64,000 nucleotides of DNA from contig OX597837.1 in the NCBI GenBank assembly GCA_951406725.2, positions 4,402,001-4,466,000 of the forward strand, in the 5' to 3' direction. Below are positions 27,834 through 43,359 of this stretch, in pieces. Position 1 is the first letter of the stretch. The number at the start of each line of letters is the position of its first letter. The position numbers were made by a program, and so were the translations under genes. The notes below the pieces were generated by a model, which saw only the letters and a program-made list of their open reading frames with translations, had not been told where the DNA came from and searched no databases. This stretch comes from Octopus vulgaris. Taxonomy: Eukaryota.

Positions 27834-28013
27834 TAATGATTGCTTTATGTTTAGTTACAATAAACACAGTTTTACATTAATCTAAAGGGTTACTCCATAG
27901 CTTTGTAGAGTACAAATTTACTTGGTGTCGTTTAACTAGAACAGTATCGTCAGTGACTTCGAAGTCATCATCGGAGTATCTTATTTTTTTGTCTTATTTT
28001 CCTTTTATACACA

Positions 28014-28058
<45 letters not shown>

Positions 28059-28630
28059 CAGGTACGAGCCGTCAGTAATTTCTTAGGGTTGGCAGTTGGT
28101 GACCTTTATGTAGCAAAACACAAAAATGGATAATAAGCGAAACACAGGCGCGCGACTGATTTGGAGGCAGATTTACTTCTGCCTTTATAGCGCGTAAAGA
28201 AAACGTTGTTGTAGGAATGTACGCAGCATGTGGACTACAGCAATGCTATGTGTAGCTTTAATACTGAGATTAAAAGGCAGGGGAGAATTATGCATACCTA
28301 ATCTACAAAACAATAAAATATCTTGCATTTTATGCTTAGTAATCAGAGTAATCTCTATAATTTTATTGAATTCGGTGCATATTTTGCCATGGAAGGAAAA
28401 TGTTGCTATCGATCTATTTAATTCAGGGTGGGCACTGCTTACCTTGCCTACGCAGGCGGCACGTCCTCGATATATATGTATATATACATATACACACATA
28501 TCTATCTATCTATCATTCACTTCCGAAAAAGCGAGTCAAAGAAGAATGATAAGACATACATAATTACGCGTATACAGAATCATGACGGAAGCCGCAAGGC
28601 TGAAACGAATGAAATAATACAAGAATAAAA

Positions 28631-28682
<52 letters not shown>

Positions 28683-30353
28683 CGCACGCACACATAAGTA
28701 AACAGGGTGCCCCCTCAATGTATACACACTTTAAAAGTTGATAAGTCACTTAATTTTCATTTATTTTCAGATTTAGCCCATTAGTAATAATGGAGAGATC
28801 CTGATTAAGCTTTGAACAAAATTGAAAAAATAAATTGCTAAAGAGTTACCGAAAGTTGGAAAACGTACTCAAAATCCAAAGCGAGAATTTCAAAAAGTTC
28901 CACTGGCGTGATACAACATCTTTACTTGAATTAAAGTTAAGCTTGAAGCAGATGAATGTATTCAGAATGTCCACAAGAACCCAAGAAACACTCCGATGAA
29001 CATGTTACATGTCACTGAAAACCAGAGATTCTACATTCAAAACTCTAATATCAATTGACGTGTGTTGTATAGTAAATGTACCAATTGATCTCATTATGTT
29101 TAATATTATCGTCCATTGAACTTCAGATATAAAATAGTGATGCGCCTTCCTAAGAACCTGAAAGTTTCGTATTTCTTTTATTTCTGTTATTTGTAAAGAA
29201 GAGCTTCGCTCGATAAACTAATGCTTTAGAATTGCGCAGGCGTTGAAGTGACAGATGTTAGATTCGATTAGATTCGATAGTAAGAAGAATTTTTTTGTTT
29301 TTATAGTAAATATTTCTGATTTTACTTGCTATATAAGCGCTGGAGACTCTTAGTGCATCTCAAGTATTTGTATTAACAATTCTACGACAACTCTGGTCTG
29401 TAGGGAAATGTATTGTTATAAGTTGTACACAAATCCTCGTAATATTTGAAAGAACATTTAAGTTGGAGAGTGTTTTGCCCGATATAATATTGCGCTTCGT
29501 ACGTTTCACTCTATAAATATTAGTTTTGTTTTGTTTGTAATGTATCCAGTCTATGATACTTTTGTCGTTCTATCGTTATAATGAATTCAAACTATGAGGA
29601 TAAACTGGGTAAGGCAATCTTACTAAACAAGATTTTAAATATTATCTGAATCTAGTTACATTACACATATAGCTACATATTTACACACACACATACACTT
29701 ACATGTATACGTGTGTGTGAATTGCAAATCTATATATGCACACACAAAGAAAATTCATGGTGTAACGGAACGTCTGCTCCCGCTTACTGACTAAGGGAAG
29801 TGGTCATATTCAGTTGCCTTTGCCTTTAGAACAACGATTAATTAAGTAAAATATATTTATTGAAAAATACAAACAACGCTAGTATACCAACTCATAACCT
29901 TTTTGAATTTTCATTCCTGAATGCATGACCAGCTTTGTACATATTTCATTTCATTGTTTTAATTCATGAATTTATATCTTCGTTATATAAAAAGTATAAG
30001 TTTACCCTCCCCCGAAAATTTACCCCACACACAAAAGAAGTGTTCATCCCCCCAAAAATGCAATTATCCCTCTTGTCTCGAATAATAAGAATCGCCAAAT
30101 ACCTTACCTCATTTATTTACACGCATGGTTTATTTACTAACAAACTTTCATGCAACCAACATGGACTAAAAACTCGTTAACATTACGAAATAGCAATATT
30201 TTCACCCGTTCACCAGATATGATTAGTAAAATGCGAAACTGATAGACTACATGAATATTCTATCTCATGGAAAATATAAACTGTGTGCATTCTTCTTATA
30301 TAAACATATATGTATATAAGTACACACACATATATATATGTGTATATGTATGC

Positions 30354-30429
<76 letters not shown>

Positions 30430-30434
30430 CTCTA

Positions 30435-30490
<56 letters not shown>

Positions 30491-30602
30491 GATTCACGGA
30501 GAGAGAGAAAGAGAGGGGGTGGGGAAGAAACAACGATATTCAAAGATATATATATATATATATATATGGAGAGAGAGAGAGAGAGAGAGAGATAGACAGA
30601 TC

Positions 30603-30676
<74 letters not shown>

Positions 30677-31406
30677 TATACATACTCACACGTATGTAGC
30701 TTATGTAACTTCACCTCGAAAATTTCAGCTTTAATTTCCGAAGAAAGTGATTTGTGTTCATACGTGAACGTTGATGGACTATATATATCCGTAAGTGTAC
30801 AATTGATCGCCATTGTTATGCCGCTTATAAATCAGGGTCGTCTTTCACATGTCATCAGTGAGGATAAACTAAAGCGATAGACAGGACCGGGGTAATATGA
30901 TAGAGTGTTTTTATCAAGCTTGGAAGATAGCCTGAATGTTGTTTCGTTAGAGATAACCAACGTGAAAGGAAATACCATCTGTTATAGATTTTGAAGAGAA
31001 TAGTCCAACAGAAAATGGACGATAAATGCCAAATCCTTGCTGCGGAATATCCATCACAATCTCACTCTTTCTAAGATAATATCATTCAGATGAAACGGTG
31101 TTTGGCTAGAATGATTTTTTACATTTTCCTCTCTCAATCCTCCTCCTCTCTCTCTGTTTCTTAAATATCTTAATATACATGTACACACACACACACACAC
31201 GCATGCGCGCGTAGAACACACACACACACACGCATGCGCGCGTAGAACACACACACACATATATATATATTTATGTACATATATACTATAGATATATATA
31301 AGCTTATATATATGTACATATATGTCTCCATATATATGTATATATATATGTCCATATATACGATAAACATACATAAGTTTATATATATATATATGCATAT
31401 AAGTAA

Positions 31407-31492
<86 letters not shown>

Positions 31493-31523
31493 GTATATAT
31501 ATATGTGTGTGTATATATATATG

Positions 31524-31637
<114 letters not shown>

Positions 31638-31730
31638 TATAGATATTCACATACATTCACACACACAAGCACACACACACCTATATTTTCCCTCCCTTGT
31701 CCAAGTTACTATCTCACACACACCCTCCAA

Positions 31731-31765
<35 letters not shown>

Positions 31766-32162
31766 TCTCTCTCTGTTTTCTTACGTTCTTCAATTTCACT
31801 CTCATTTTCTTACTTTCCTTGTCCTTTTTTTTCTCACTCTCCATCCTCCTCTCGCTGTTTCCAGTCTCCCTCATCCATTCCACACACTCTGCTCCCTTCT
31901 GCCAATCTTGAATCGCCAGTGATGAAGCAAAATCCTCGGCCAGCTCAAATGCTTAGTCTCATGTTTCATCTCCTGTTGCAATAATCCTTTCTACTGGAAG
32001 CACAAGGCCTTAAATTTGAGGGGGGGGGGGGGATTAGTCGATTACATCGACTATTATACGTCTATTATGCATCGAAATGTATAATAGTTGTAATTAAATT
32101 TGATTTAAATGTAATGAGATAATTTAGCTTTCAGTCGCTGTCAGCTCAGCTACCAAAGTATT

Positions 32163-32378
32163 ACTCTTTTACGCTTTTACCTGTTTCAGTCATTTGACTG
32201 CGGCCATGCTGGAGCACCGTCTTTAGTCGAGCAAATCGACCCCGGGACTTATTCTTTGTAAGCCCAGTACTTATCCTATCGGTCTCTTTTGCCGAACCGC
32301 TAAGTGACGGGGACGTAAACACACCAGCATCGGTTGTCAAGCAATGCTAGAGGGACAAACACAGACACACAAACATAT

Positions 32379-32414
<36 letters not shown>

Positions 32415-32585
32415 ATATATACGGCAGGCTTCTTTCAGTTTCCGTCTACCAAATCCACTCACAAAGCATTGGTCGGCCCGAGGCTATAGTAGAAGGCACT
32501 TGCCCAAGATGCCACGCAGTGGGACTGAACCCGGAACCATGTGGCTGGTAAACAAGCTACTTACCACACAGCCACTCCTGCGCCT
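32163..32585 (-). mobile_element. SINE family A
   Basis: Reverse complement of the family A consensus. Confidence 0.92.
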
Positions 32586-32699
32586 ATTAGCTGAAAGTGT
32601 TTGTGCAAAGTACTGTACAGTAAGACTGAACCTTGAACCATGTGGTTGGGAAGCAAGCTTCTTACCGACAAGAGAAATATTATTTCTAATTTTTGAACA

Positions 32700-34270
32700 A
32701 AACCAGCAACGTTTGGAGTAAGAGAGTGAAATCAATTACATCGTCTCCGGGACTCAAGTGGTAGTCATTTTACCGACCTTGCAAAGATGAAAGACAAACT
32801 TGATATCGGCGGAATTAAAAATTCAGAAATTAAGAAAATATCATTAAACATCTCCAACGCACCAACGATTCTGCCGTCTGACCCCTTTCTCTTGAAACAA
32901 AATATTTATTTCTACTACAGAGACAAGGCCTGAAATTTTACGTTGGAACTTATTTTATCAACCCCTGAAAAGGATGAAAGGGCAAAGTCGACCTCGGCAG
33001 AATTTGAAATCAGAACACAAAGAACTGGAAGAAAAGCTGTTACGCATTTTGTCCAACACTTCAAAGGTTCTGCCAGTTCGCTCCCTCTGCCGAAAAAAAA
33101 GATTGGCTTAAAATTTTGGCACAAGGCCAGCGATATCGGGGGACGGAGTAAGTCGATTTCCTCGAGCAAAGTACTAACCTGGTACTTTATTATTGACCCC
33201 AAAAGGACGAGATGCAAAGTCGACCTCGGTGGAATTTGAACTCAGAACATGAAAAACCGAAAGCAATGCCACTAAGCATTCTGTCCGACACGCCAACTGT
33301 TCTGCCAGTTCGTTCCCTCCAATAAAAGGAATTATTAATATTGATTTCAAATCTTGGTACAAGGCCAGCAGTTACATCGCACCCAGTTATCAGCTGATCC
33401 TTATTTTACCGACCCCGAAAGTTCGAAGGGCGAAATCAGCCTCAGCGAAATTTGAACTGAGAACAAAATGAACAAAATGTCGCTAAGCATTTTGCCCACA
33501 ACGCTAACGATTTTGTCAGCTCACCACCTCCCTAAAGAAATTATTAATATTCATTTCTACTATAGGTACATGGCCTGAAATTTTGGGGGCAGGAGGCTAG
33601 TCGATTACATCGATCCCAGTGCGTAACAGGTACTTATTTCATCGACTCCGAAAAGATTAAGGAAAAGTCGACTTCGGTGGAATTTAAACTCAGAACATAA
33701 GGACGGACGAAATACCTATTTCTTACTACCCACAAGGGGCTAAGCACAGAGAGGACAAACAAAGACAGACATAGGCATTAAGTCGATACATCGGCCCCAG
33801 TGTGTAACTGGTACTTAATTTATCGACCCCGAAAGGATGAAGTGCAAAGTCGACCTCGGCGGAATTTGAACTCAGAACGTAACGGCAGACGAAATACGGC
33901 TACGCATTTTGACCGGCGTGCTAACGTTTCTGCCAGCTCGCCGCCTTTAAATACCTATTTCTTTACTACCCACAAGGGGCTAAACACACAAGGGACGAAC
34001 AAGGACAGACAACCAGATTAAGTCGATTATATCGACCCCAGTGCGTAACTGGTACATAATTTATCGACCCCGAAAGAATGAAAGGCAAAGTCGACCTCGG
34101 CGGAATTTGAACTCAGAACGTAACGGCAGACGAAATACGGCTACGCATTTCGCCCGGCGTGTTAACGTTTCTGCCAGCTCGCCGCCTCATAAGGATGAAA
34201 GGTAAAGTCGACCTCGGCGGAATTTGAACATAAGGATGGACGAAATACCGTTAAATCTGGCGTGTTAACG
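32700..34270 (-). mobile_element. Head-to-tail array of about 8 full or partial SINE B copies of mixed divergence
   Basis: Repeated GATGAAAGGCAAAGTCGACCTCGGCGGAATTTGAACTCAGAAC blocks, all in one orientation. Confidence 0.85.
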
Positions 34271-34784
34271 GTAAGAAAATATCAATATTACAAAATAAAT
34301 TTTATCTTCAATAAAATATTTGTTCCCCATTTACTTTTACCGTCAGCATTTTTCTGTTTTTGTTTGTGTTCACCGTAATGATACCTTTCCGACACCAACA
34401 TAATCTCCAAATTATTTTCAAATGTATTATTAATTATTATTTTTAAAATTCTACGTTTTTGTTTTAATTTCTGTAATATTAACTTCTTAATTTTTAAGCT
34501 TACAGAAATATTATAAACTTATAGAAATTTATCTCTATTTTCCAAATGCTACTAACGTCATTCCCTATTATCTCTGCCCATGGATTATTCATAATAATCC
34601 GTAGTGTTTATCTTTATCCGGATTTTACACGTTGACACACCAACACACACATCATCGCTTCACAACTAGGCATCGTGGTTAGGAGGCATGCCTTGCAAAA
34701 GAATGTTTTTGGTTTCGGTCCCACTACGCGGCATCTTTGGTAAATATCTTTTACAATTAATGGCTTGTAAATAAATTTGATAGA

Positions 34785-35209
34785 GGATCTTTTCGGTTTG
34801 AATGGCAGTTTTTTCTAGCGGTGTCATATGAAATTGTCACCCATAATAATGTCCCTAGTATCGATCTATTGCATTTCAATCTGTTTTAGGGTTAGGATTA
34901 GTTAGGGTTAGGGGTGGGGGGAAGGGTATCTTTTTTTTCTTCATAAATGTAAATAAACCCAATTTGTTTCTTAAACGAGGGACATATTCATACGGCACAG
35001 AATGTTTTCACCTCAAATAGACGTCATTGATTGGTTGAAATTGCAGAAATTGAAGAAAAACAACAACTATCTTACAAACTATCGAATTTTCTCAATAAAA
35101 CCAAGAGAAAAAATGTTTTATAAACACATTCTACCAGTATACGAAGTTTAAAATTTTTTAGTTACCTAGAAATTATGTTAAAAAACTGCCGGTCAAAGTG
35201 AAAAGATCC
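34785..35209. mobile_element. Merlin-like MITE inserted into a SINE A
   Basis: Same TIR as 15626; perfect 8-bp TSD TTGATAGA on both sides. Confidence 0.9.
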
Positions 35210-35706
35210 TTGATAGATAGAAACTGCGTGGAAACCTGTCATACAAATGTGTGTGTGTGTGTGTGTGTTTGTGTCTGTCTACCTCACTCCCGCAATCGTC
35301 TTTGACAACTGGTGTTGGTTTTGGTTTGATAATGTCCGGATAATTTGGCAGTTCAGCAAAGGTAACCGACAAAATAAGTATAACCTTTCCTTTTATGCAC
35401 ATTTACACGACTGGTTAGACTTGTTCCTGTTTCCCCAACGTAATTCTCAACATATTGTGATCATGTTATGCAGCAGATGAGATCTTTTGTTTTGCATTCA
35501 CTTTCGATTCCTTCCCCTTATTGAAACTTCTGGTTGTTCCTTGTTCACTTATTTCACATGTCCTACAACGAGGGTTTCTCAAGTTTTGTTACCTGCTTTA
35601 TATTCATCAGCGCTTTCTTCAGTTTTGGTGGTTATCTTCGGCAGTTGCTGATATGTGATTGTGGTGACCGAGAGAGAGGCAAAGCTGTTGTACAAGATAA
35701 AGCACT

Positions 35707-35746
<40 letters not shown>

Positions 35747-35871
35747 AAATTTAATAAGGGTAGAAATTGATATTAATCAATTAAAACCAGTGGCTTAGTA
35801 TATTTAAAAAATCCGAAGATTAAATTTTTTTTTACATACAAAATTTAGAGGATTTTGTATATATTTTGTAT

Positions 35872-35910
<39 letters not shown>

Positions 35911-35923
35911 TATATAAATTTTG

Positions 35924-35956
<33 letters not shown>

Positions 35957-36023
35957 TATATTTCGGAATGGTCATTTTGCCAGTTTAGCCAATAAAAAAT
36001 CTTGCAGAACAAATATATAAACG

Positions 36024-36056
<33 letters not shown>

Positions 36057-36156
36057 CTATGTATATATATATATATATATATATTTGCGTATGTGTATCT
36101 ATGTATATGTATGTGTGTGTATATATATATATTTATGTGTACATAAATATATATAC

Positions 36157-36235
<79 letters not shown>

Positions 36236-36545
36236 TATAAAAATTAATAATAAGGGGAACAGATTTATATATCCAGTTTTATTCTGCGGTCAATCACGTC
36301 CCTCCATTTCTGCACCTACAAACGTTTCTGCTGTAGCTCAGTGGACACTGCAAAATTTTGCATTTTGGCGTGCATTTTGGTGCGCATTTCTACTAATATT
36401 AGCAAATATTACAAAAAAATAATATTAGCAAAACAAGAGTTGTTAATGAAAATAAAGTTAACAGAGAAAATGTGAGCGTCCAATAATACTATATTTGTTC
36501 CACGTCCTCGCGTTGTTGTGTTTTTTTGTGTTTTCTTGTTTGGAT

Positions 36546-36592
<47 letters not shown>

Positions 36593-36647
36593 ATTTATAT
36601 ATACATATATGTATATATATATATGTATATATATATGTATGTATATA

Positions 36648-36712
<65 letters not shown>

Positions 36713-36717
36713 TATTA

Positions 36718-36782
<65 letters not shown>

Positions 36783-37271
36783 TATATATATATATATATA
36801 TATGTATATGCTTACACAGACAGGCAGATTGTTAGTTACATCGATAGATAGATAGATAGATAGATATATAGAAACGTATGAAATTGACTCAGACTTCCTA
36901 TGTCTACGAATCTCCCAAAGTTTCTAAACTTTGTTTCTTCCCTTCAGGTACAACGTGACAGTCATCGAGTTTGGTAGATAAGCACCACATATATACGTAG
37001 AATTAATCCGCTTTACCAGCAAACATTTCCTGTAAGTTCACTGATTAAGGAAGCTACCCCCAACCCATCAATATCCAATAGTCGCATTATGTACATATTC
37101 TTATAAGGTACAGGAGATTTCGAAAACTGTTCGTTGTGGGTTACAAATAAATCCTTTTTACTAAGATTTTGAATAGAGCGGATTCTTTCAGATGTTTTAA
37201 ATTCTTCCATAAACTTTTCCAATAGGTAAAAATAAAGTTACTCTTAGTTTCATAGTGTTGTTTATGGTATC

Positions 37272-37373
37272 CTCTTTTGAGAAATATATTGACATATAAG
37301 TAGCTAGATAGATTGATAGATAAATAAGACTTAGACAAATAGATGGATATTAGTTAGATAGATAGCTAGATAA

Positions 37374-37416
<43 letters not shown>

Positions 37417-37713
37417 CATAGATAGGTAGACAGAAAGAGGCAGGTTGATAGAGAGACAAATAGTTAACTAGATAGATGAATAGATACGTAATAGATAATA
37501 GATAGATAATATTTCTCTTTTGAGAAATATATTAACATATAAGTATCTAGATCAATTGATAGATAAATAATATTTAGACAATAGATAGATAATAGTTAGA
37601 TAGATAAATAGATAGATAGATAGACAGACAGAAAGATAGGCAGGTTGATAGAGAGACAAATATTTAACTAGATAGATAAATAGACACGTAAGTAGTTAGT
37701 TAGTTAGATAGAT

Positions 37714-37760
<47 letters not shown>
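37272..37760. repeat. ~243-bp tandem duplication of a (TAGA)n-rich unit
   Basis: CTCTTTTGAGAAATATATT..GGCAGGTTGATAGAGAGACAAATA occurs twice. Confidence 0.8.
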
Positions 37761-37762
<2 letters not shown>

Positions 37763-39853
37763 GAATAAATAAGTTAGTAGATAGAAAGATAGATGAATGG
37801 ATTGGTTGAAAATGGAGATATGGAATAAAAAGAAGTATGAAAAGATATTGATTGGTTCCTAGAATACGGCGCCTTCTCCAGATCTAAAAAGCAAACGTAT
37901 ACAATTGCTATAATATATATATATCTTTATATCTTTATATATGTACTAGCGTATACATGTAAATATTGGCGCGCGCGCGTGTGTGTGTTTGTGTGTGTGT
38001 GTGTGTGTATGTATAGACACATAAATTGTATATGTATATACATGTATACAGCTATATAGATGCTGCCTGTGAATGCACGTATAGAGAAATATTAACTATG
38101 ACATGACATGAATGCTTTTTCATGCACATAAAAGCAACATAAAATGGTTACATAATATGTTAATATTTTATATGGACTGACAGCCGAATACGTGACAACT
38201 AGCTTCCTTATATCCTTACATACACTGGTTCCCCTTTGTTTTTGCGCGTGCACACACCTACACCTACACACGCACATTTCCATGATACATATCTTTTCTT
38301 TATATAAATTTTCTACTCCGATCGGACAGATGGTAAGATGCCTCTGTTGTTTGCAGAAATTCCATTGTGTAAGAAAAAGATTACTTCCACTACTAGACCA
38401 CTCTACAATGAGCTTCGTGAAAGAGTCCGATGTAAGGTTGGATGGTGTTGGCGTGGTTGTACCTCGATCCCAACGCATACAATGTTTGGTTAGTGAAATT
38501 AGCTGAAACGCACCAAACAAATTGTTCAGTTTAGGATCTGTTTGGAAGAAGGGACAATCCAAGGCAGGAGTGAACTTCGGGGACGGGGCTTGATTTTTTT
38601 GGGTAAAATGCTCAAAGAATTTTGGGGGTGCTATAGGGACGGGTGTTGTAACTTTTAATGGGTTGGTGCAATAACAGCCGTTAGTTAAAAGGACAGACGT
38701 GCAAGGTTACAAAGAAAGAGGGTCCTAAGTAGCAGAGTTGCAGAGAGAGGAACGAAATTATATGAATACCTGAAGTCATGGTTCTGCCTGACTCATATGA
38801 TTTACAGAGACTGAATGGTGTATCATGTGAGTCATTGAGTGGAGGTTATAAGATGGGTTGAAACGAGTGTCACAGATCAGAAAACGGCAGAAGCTGAAGA
38901 AATGCTTATGATAGCCAAATCGTGGTTTGGTTAAGACGAAAATTACAATACATAAAGCTTCATGGCGACAAACTGGGGGCAAAGCAACACTTAGAGTTGG
39001 TAACGTAAATTTTGTTTAAATAATTTTAGATTATTTTAGATTAGGAAAGGAAATATAATGTGATAAGCTAAGGTTTGAACTCAGAGAAAACTGATAGTGA
39101 AGAGTTTGTACAAGAGGTCAACGAGGTATTTGCCCTGAGGAATGAAAGAATCTAGCCATACGAGGATTGGCTTTTCTTCCGAGAAAAAATATAAAGAGCA
39201 TTGAAAGCTGCGTTATTAGTTGTTTTTCTCTGTGGTGCATAAATTACAATATTTATTGCCATGGAGTAGACTTAGCTTGTATTATTTTGAATCTTTCGTG
39301 TATTTTCCATCCGTAAACATTTAGAGTGAAAAGTGAAATGCAATAAAAGAGAGATATATTAGGGGAAGAAAAAAACTTATAGGAGACAGAGAGGGAAAGA
39401 GGAGAGAGAGAGAGAGGAAAGAGATAAAGTTCAGATAGAGAGAGCTGGGGATGTAGAAGAATGGGATAGGTATTGTAGTGAGAGCTGGTAACGAACTGTG
39501 TATAGCATGAATTAATCAGAATTGTTGACAATAAATACCTAAAGCCAGAGGCAATGGATAGAAATTGATACTGCTATTGAGGGTACCGGTGAAAGAATGA
39601 GAAAAACAGGAAATATTGCCTAGCAAACTGTGTGATTTATATATATTCAACATATAATATCTTTATTCATACGTACTGTTTGTTCACCTCAACTTGCACA
39701 ATGCTACTGATATGCAGTATGAATATATACATAGTTATGGGTGTATGCGCGCGGGTACGGCCATATAGACAGCCATGTACAATATAAATATGCGCAATAC
39801 TAATATACGCCATAAATCTGAGACTGTGAAATCGGAAATAATTGAAGATGGAA

Positions 39854-41010
<1,157 letters not shown>

Positions 41011-41049
41011 GTGTGTGTGTGTGGGTGTGTATGTATGTATGTATATTTA

Positions 41050-41570
41050 AAATAATAAGGGTGAAAAATTGAATATTAATTTGATTAATATCAATTTAAA
41101 ACCAGTGGTCTAGCATATTGAAAAATCTGAAGTTCCAGAAAAAATATATTACATGCATAACAGAGGGATGACCTGTAAATGGACATCCATTATGCTAGAA
41201 GATCCGCTATGGTCTTACCATTAAGAAAGGAATGTTCTCAAGAAAAATTAGCAAACACCAGAACGTAAGCAAGCAAGACAAATGAAAAGATACAAAATAT
41301 AGATTAATCACAAACCAGATTTCGTTGTTAACGCTTACGTAATCATTTCTGTAATTATCCGCAACTCATCAGTGTGATCGTCTTTGCAAATATAATTTGA
41401 AGAACTATGCACGAGACGTCCGCATGGAATTGAACATGTATACAGTTCTACCAATTAAAATTGGGGTCACTTTTCAAAAGTCTTGTGGTTTGCTGAATTT
41501 TCTTGAGAATATTGATTTCTTAGTGGTAAGACCATAGCATAATGGATGTCTACTTAGAGGTCATCTCACT
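41050..41570. mobile_element. Fold-back Penelope-like non-autonomous element
   Basis: Imperfect ~90-bp inverted arms at ~41165-41262 and ~41481-41567; left end shared with 35752-35820. Confidence 0.6.
41307..41378 (-). ncRNA. Type I hammerhead ribozyme candidate with canonical core
   Basis: Minus strand atcaca CTGATGA GTTG (34-nt loop) CAAC GAAA TCTGG TT tgtgat: perfect 6-bp stem I, 4-bp stem II, minimal stem III. Confidence 0.65.
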
Positions 41571-41586
41571 TATATATCTATATCTA

Positions 41587-41749
<163 letters not shown>

Positions 41750-42090
41750 AAAGTTGGTTTGTGAAAGCACGTGGGTGAATATATAAAAAATAGTAAAGAG
41801 TGAAAAAACGACAGAAGGTTTAAATGTTAAAAAATATATATATTTGCGTCAATATGTCTGAAGAATATTAGAAAATTTTTTAAACAAATTTTTTTTCCTT
41901 TATAATGACATAATTTTTAAAGAAAGACCGGTTTCGCATTTAGCTTTTCAAATTTCTTGTGACGTTATGTTTATGTTTAATAGAGTTATCCTTGTGTTTA
42001 AGCTCCGGAGAGTTCTAAATAAGGGAAGGTAGTGGGTGATTTCTTCCGGTGTAAGGGAGATAATCGCTTAAAAATTTTTTTCCTTTCCCC

Positions 42091-42444
42091 TTAATGTGAA
42101 TTTCTCAGTATGTTCGGATGGTTGAGTCTGGGCTTGTACTTTTCAATGAAGAATGTTTCCTTGTTTAGTCTAATTTGTGTTGATGATCCGAAAGCACATT
42201 GGTAAAATGGAAAGATTAAAAATTGTGGTAGTAGTTGCTTTGCGCATTTCTCAATGTGCTCACTAAAAGGTACCATTCTATATTCTGGGAATGCAATCTG
42301 TTGTCGATGCAGTGTGCATCTACGTCTGAGTGATAGTCCCGTGGAGCCCACGCAGTCTTGGTGGCAGCCCGAGCATTTTATGCCATAAATTATGTTTTCA
42401 GAGGCACAAGTAAAGTTAGATTTGATCTTGAATTTCTGTCCCTT
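42091..42444 (-). pseudogene. GIY-YIG endonuclease domain fragment of a Penelope-like element
   Basis: Open frame KGQKFKIKSNFTCASENIIYGIKCSGCHQDCVGSTGLSLRRRCTLH..SEHI..RLNKETFFIEKYKPRLN: IIY-CxxC-(Y>C)VG-T, conserved R, H, E and LN motifs. Confidence 0.85.
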
Positions 42445-42757
42445 TTAGTGAGCACATTGAGAAATGCGCAAAGCCACTACTACCACAATTTTTAATCTTT
42501 CCATTTTACCAATGTGCTTTCGGATCATCAACACAAATTAGACTAAACAAGGAAATATTCTTCATTGAAAAGTACAAGCCCAGACTCAACCATCCGAACA
42601 TACTGATACAGAGAAATTCACATTAAGCGAAAGGAAAAAACTTTTTAAGCGATTATCTCCCTTACACCGGAAGAAATCACCCACTACCTTCCCTTATTTA
42701 GAACTCTCCGGAGCTTAAACACAAGGATAACTCTATTAAACATAAACATAACGTCAC

Positions 42758-42796
42758 AAGAAATTTGAAAAGCTAAATGCGAAACCGGTCTTTCTT
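42758..42796 (+). ncRNA. Hammerhead-like motif, U3-A8 variant, in the Penelope pLTR (mirror copy 41920-41958 on minus)
   Basis: aagaaa t TTGAAAA GC taaat GC GAAA CCGG TC tttctt; palindromic ACCGGT stem III; same sense as, and downstream of, the GIY-YIG frame. Confidence 0.55.
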
Positions 42797-42923
42797 TAAA
42801 AATTATGTCATTATAAAGGAAAAAAAATTTGTTTAAAAAATTTTCTAATATTCTTCAGACATATTGACGCAAATATATATATTTTTTAACATTTAAACCT
42901 TCTGTCGTTTTTTCACTCTGTAC

Positions 42924-42981
<58 letters not shown>

Positions 42982-42987
<6 letters not shown>

Positions 42988-43277
42988 GAAATGAAGAAAA
43001 TGCTGACAAAATAATTTAAGTAAGGGAGAGTGTATTTAATTAGTTGAGAGTTCTTTTTACCGGTTGCGCATTTGTTATGCTTATCAAAAGATATTTTGAG
43101 TTCCTTTCTGATTGATTTTTTTTCTCTTATCTGATAAGAGAAAAAAATCAATCAGAAAGGAACTCTATCTTTTGATAAGCATAACAAATGCGCAACCGGT
43201 AAAAAGAATTTCACCTAATTAAATACACTCTCCCTTACTTAAATTATTTTGTCAGCATTTTCTTCATCTCCTTTTTT
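42982..43277. repeat. Near-perfect ~145-bp-arm hairpin between (TA)n tracts carrying a hammerhead-like motif
   Basis: Centre CTCTTATC-T-GATAAGAG at ~43131; TTGATAA GCAT aacaa ATGC GCAA CCGG TA at 43172-43201. Confidence 0.85.
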
Positions 43278-43312
43278 TATATATCACAACTCGTGTTCCA
43301 CATCTCCTTTTT

Positions 43313-43354
<42 letters not shown>

Positions 43355-43359
43355 AATAT

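Larger units (their letters stand above)
41788..42929 (-). mobile_element. Penelope-like element (Neptune-type) 3' end with inverted pseudo-LTR
   Basis: ~485-bp near-perfect inverted arms 41788-42270 and 42441-42929 around a 170-bp spacer; encodes GIY-YIG; (TA)n on both sides. Confidence 0.88.

Noticed and set aside
38092-39000. 156-aa ORF or LINE endonuclease remnant
   Set aside because: No diagnostic motif recognised; too decayed to assign by eye
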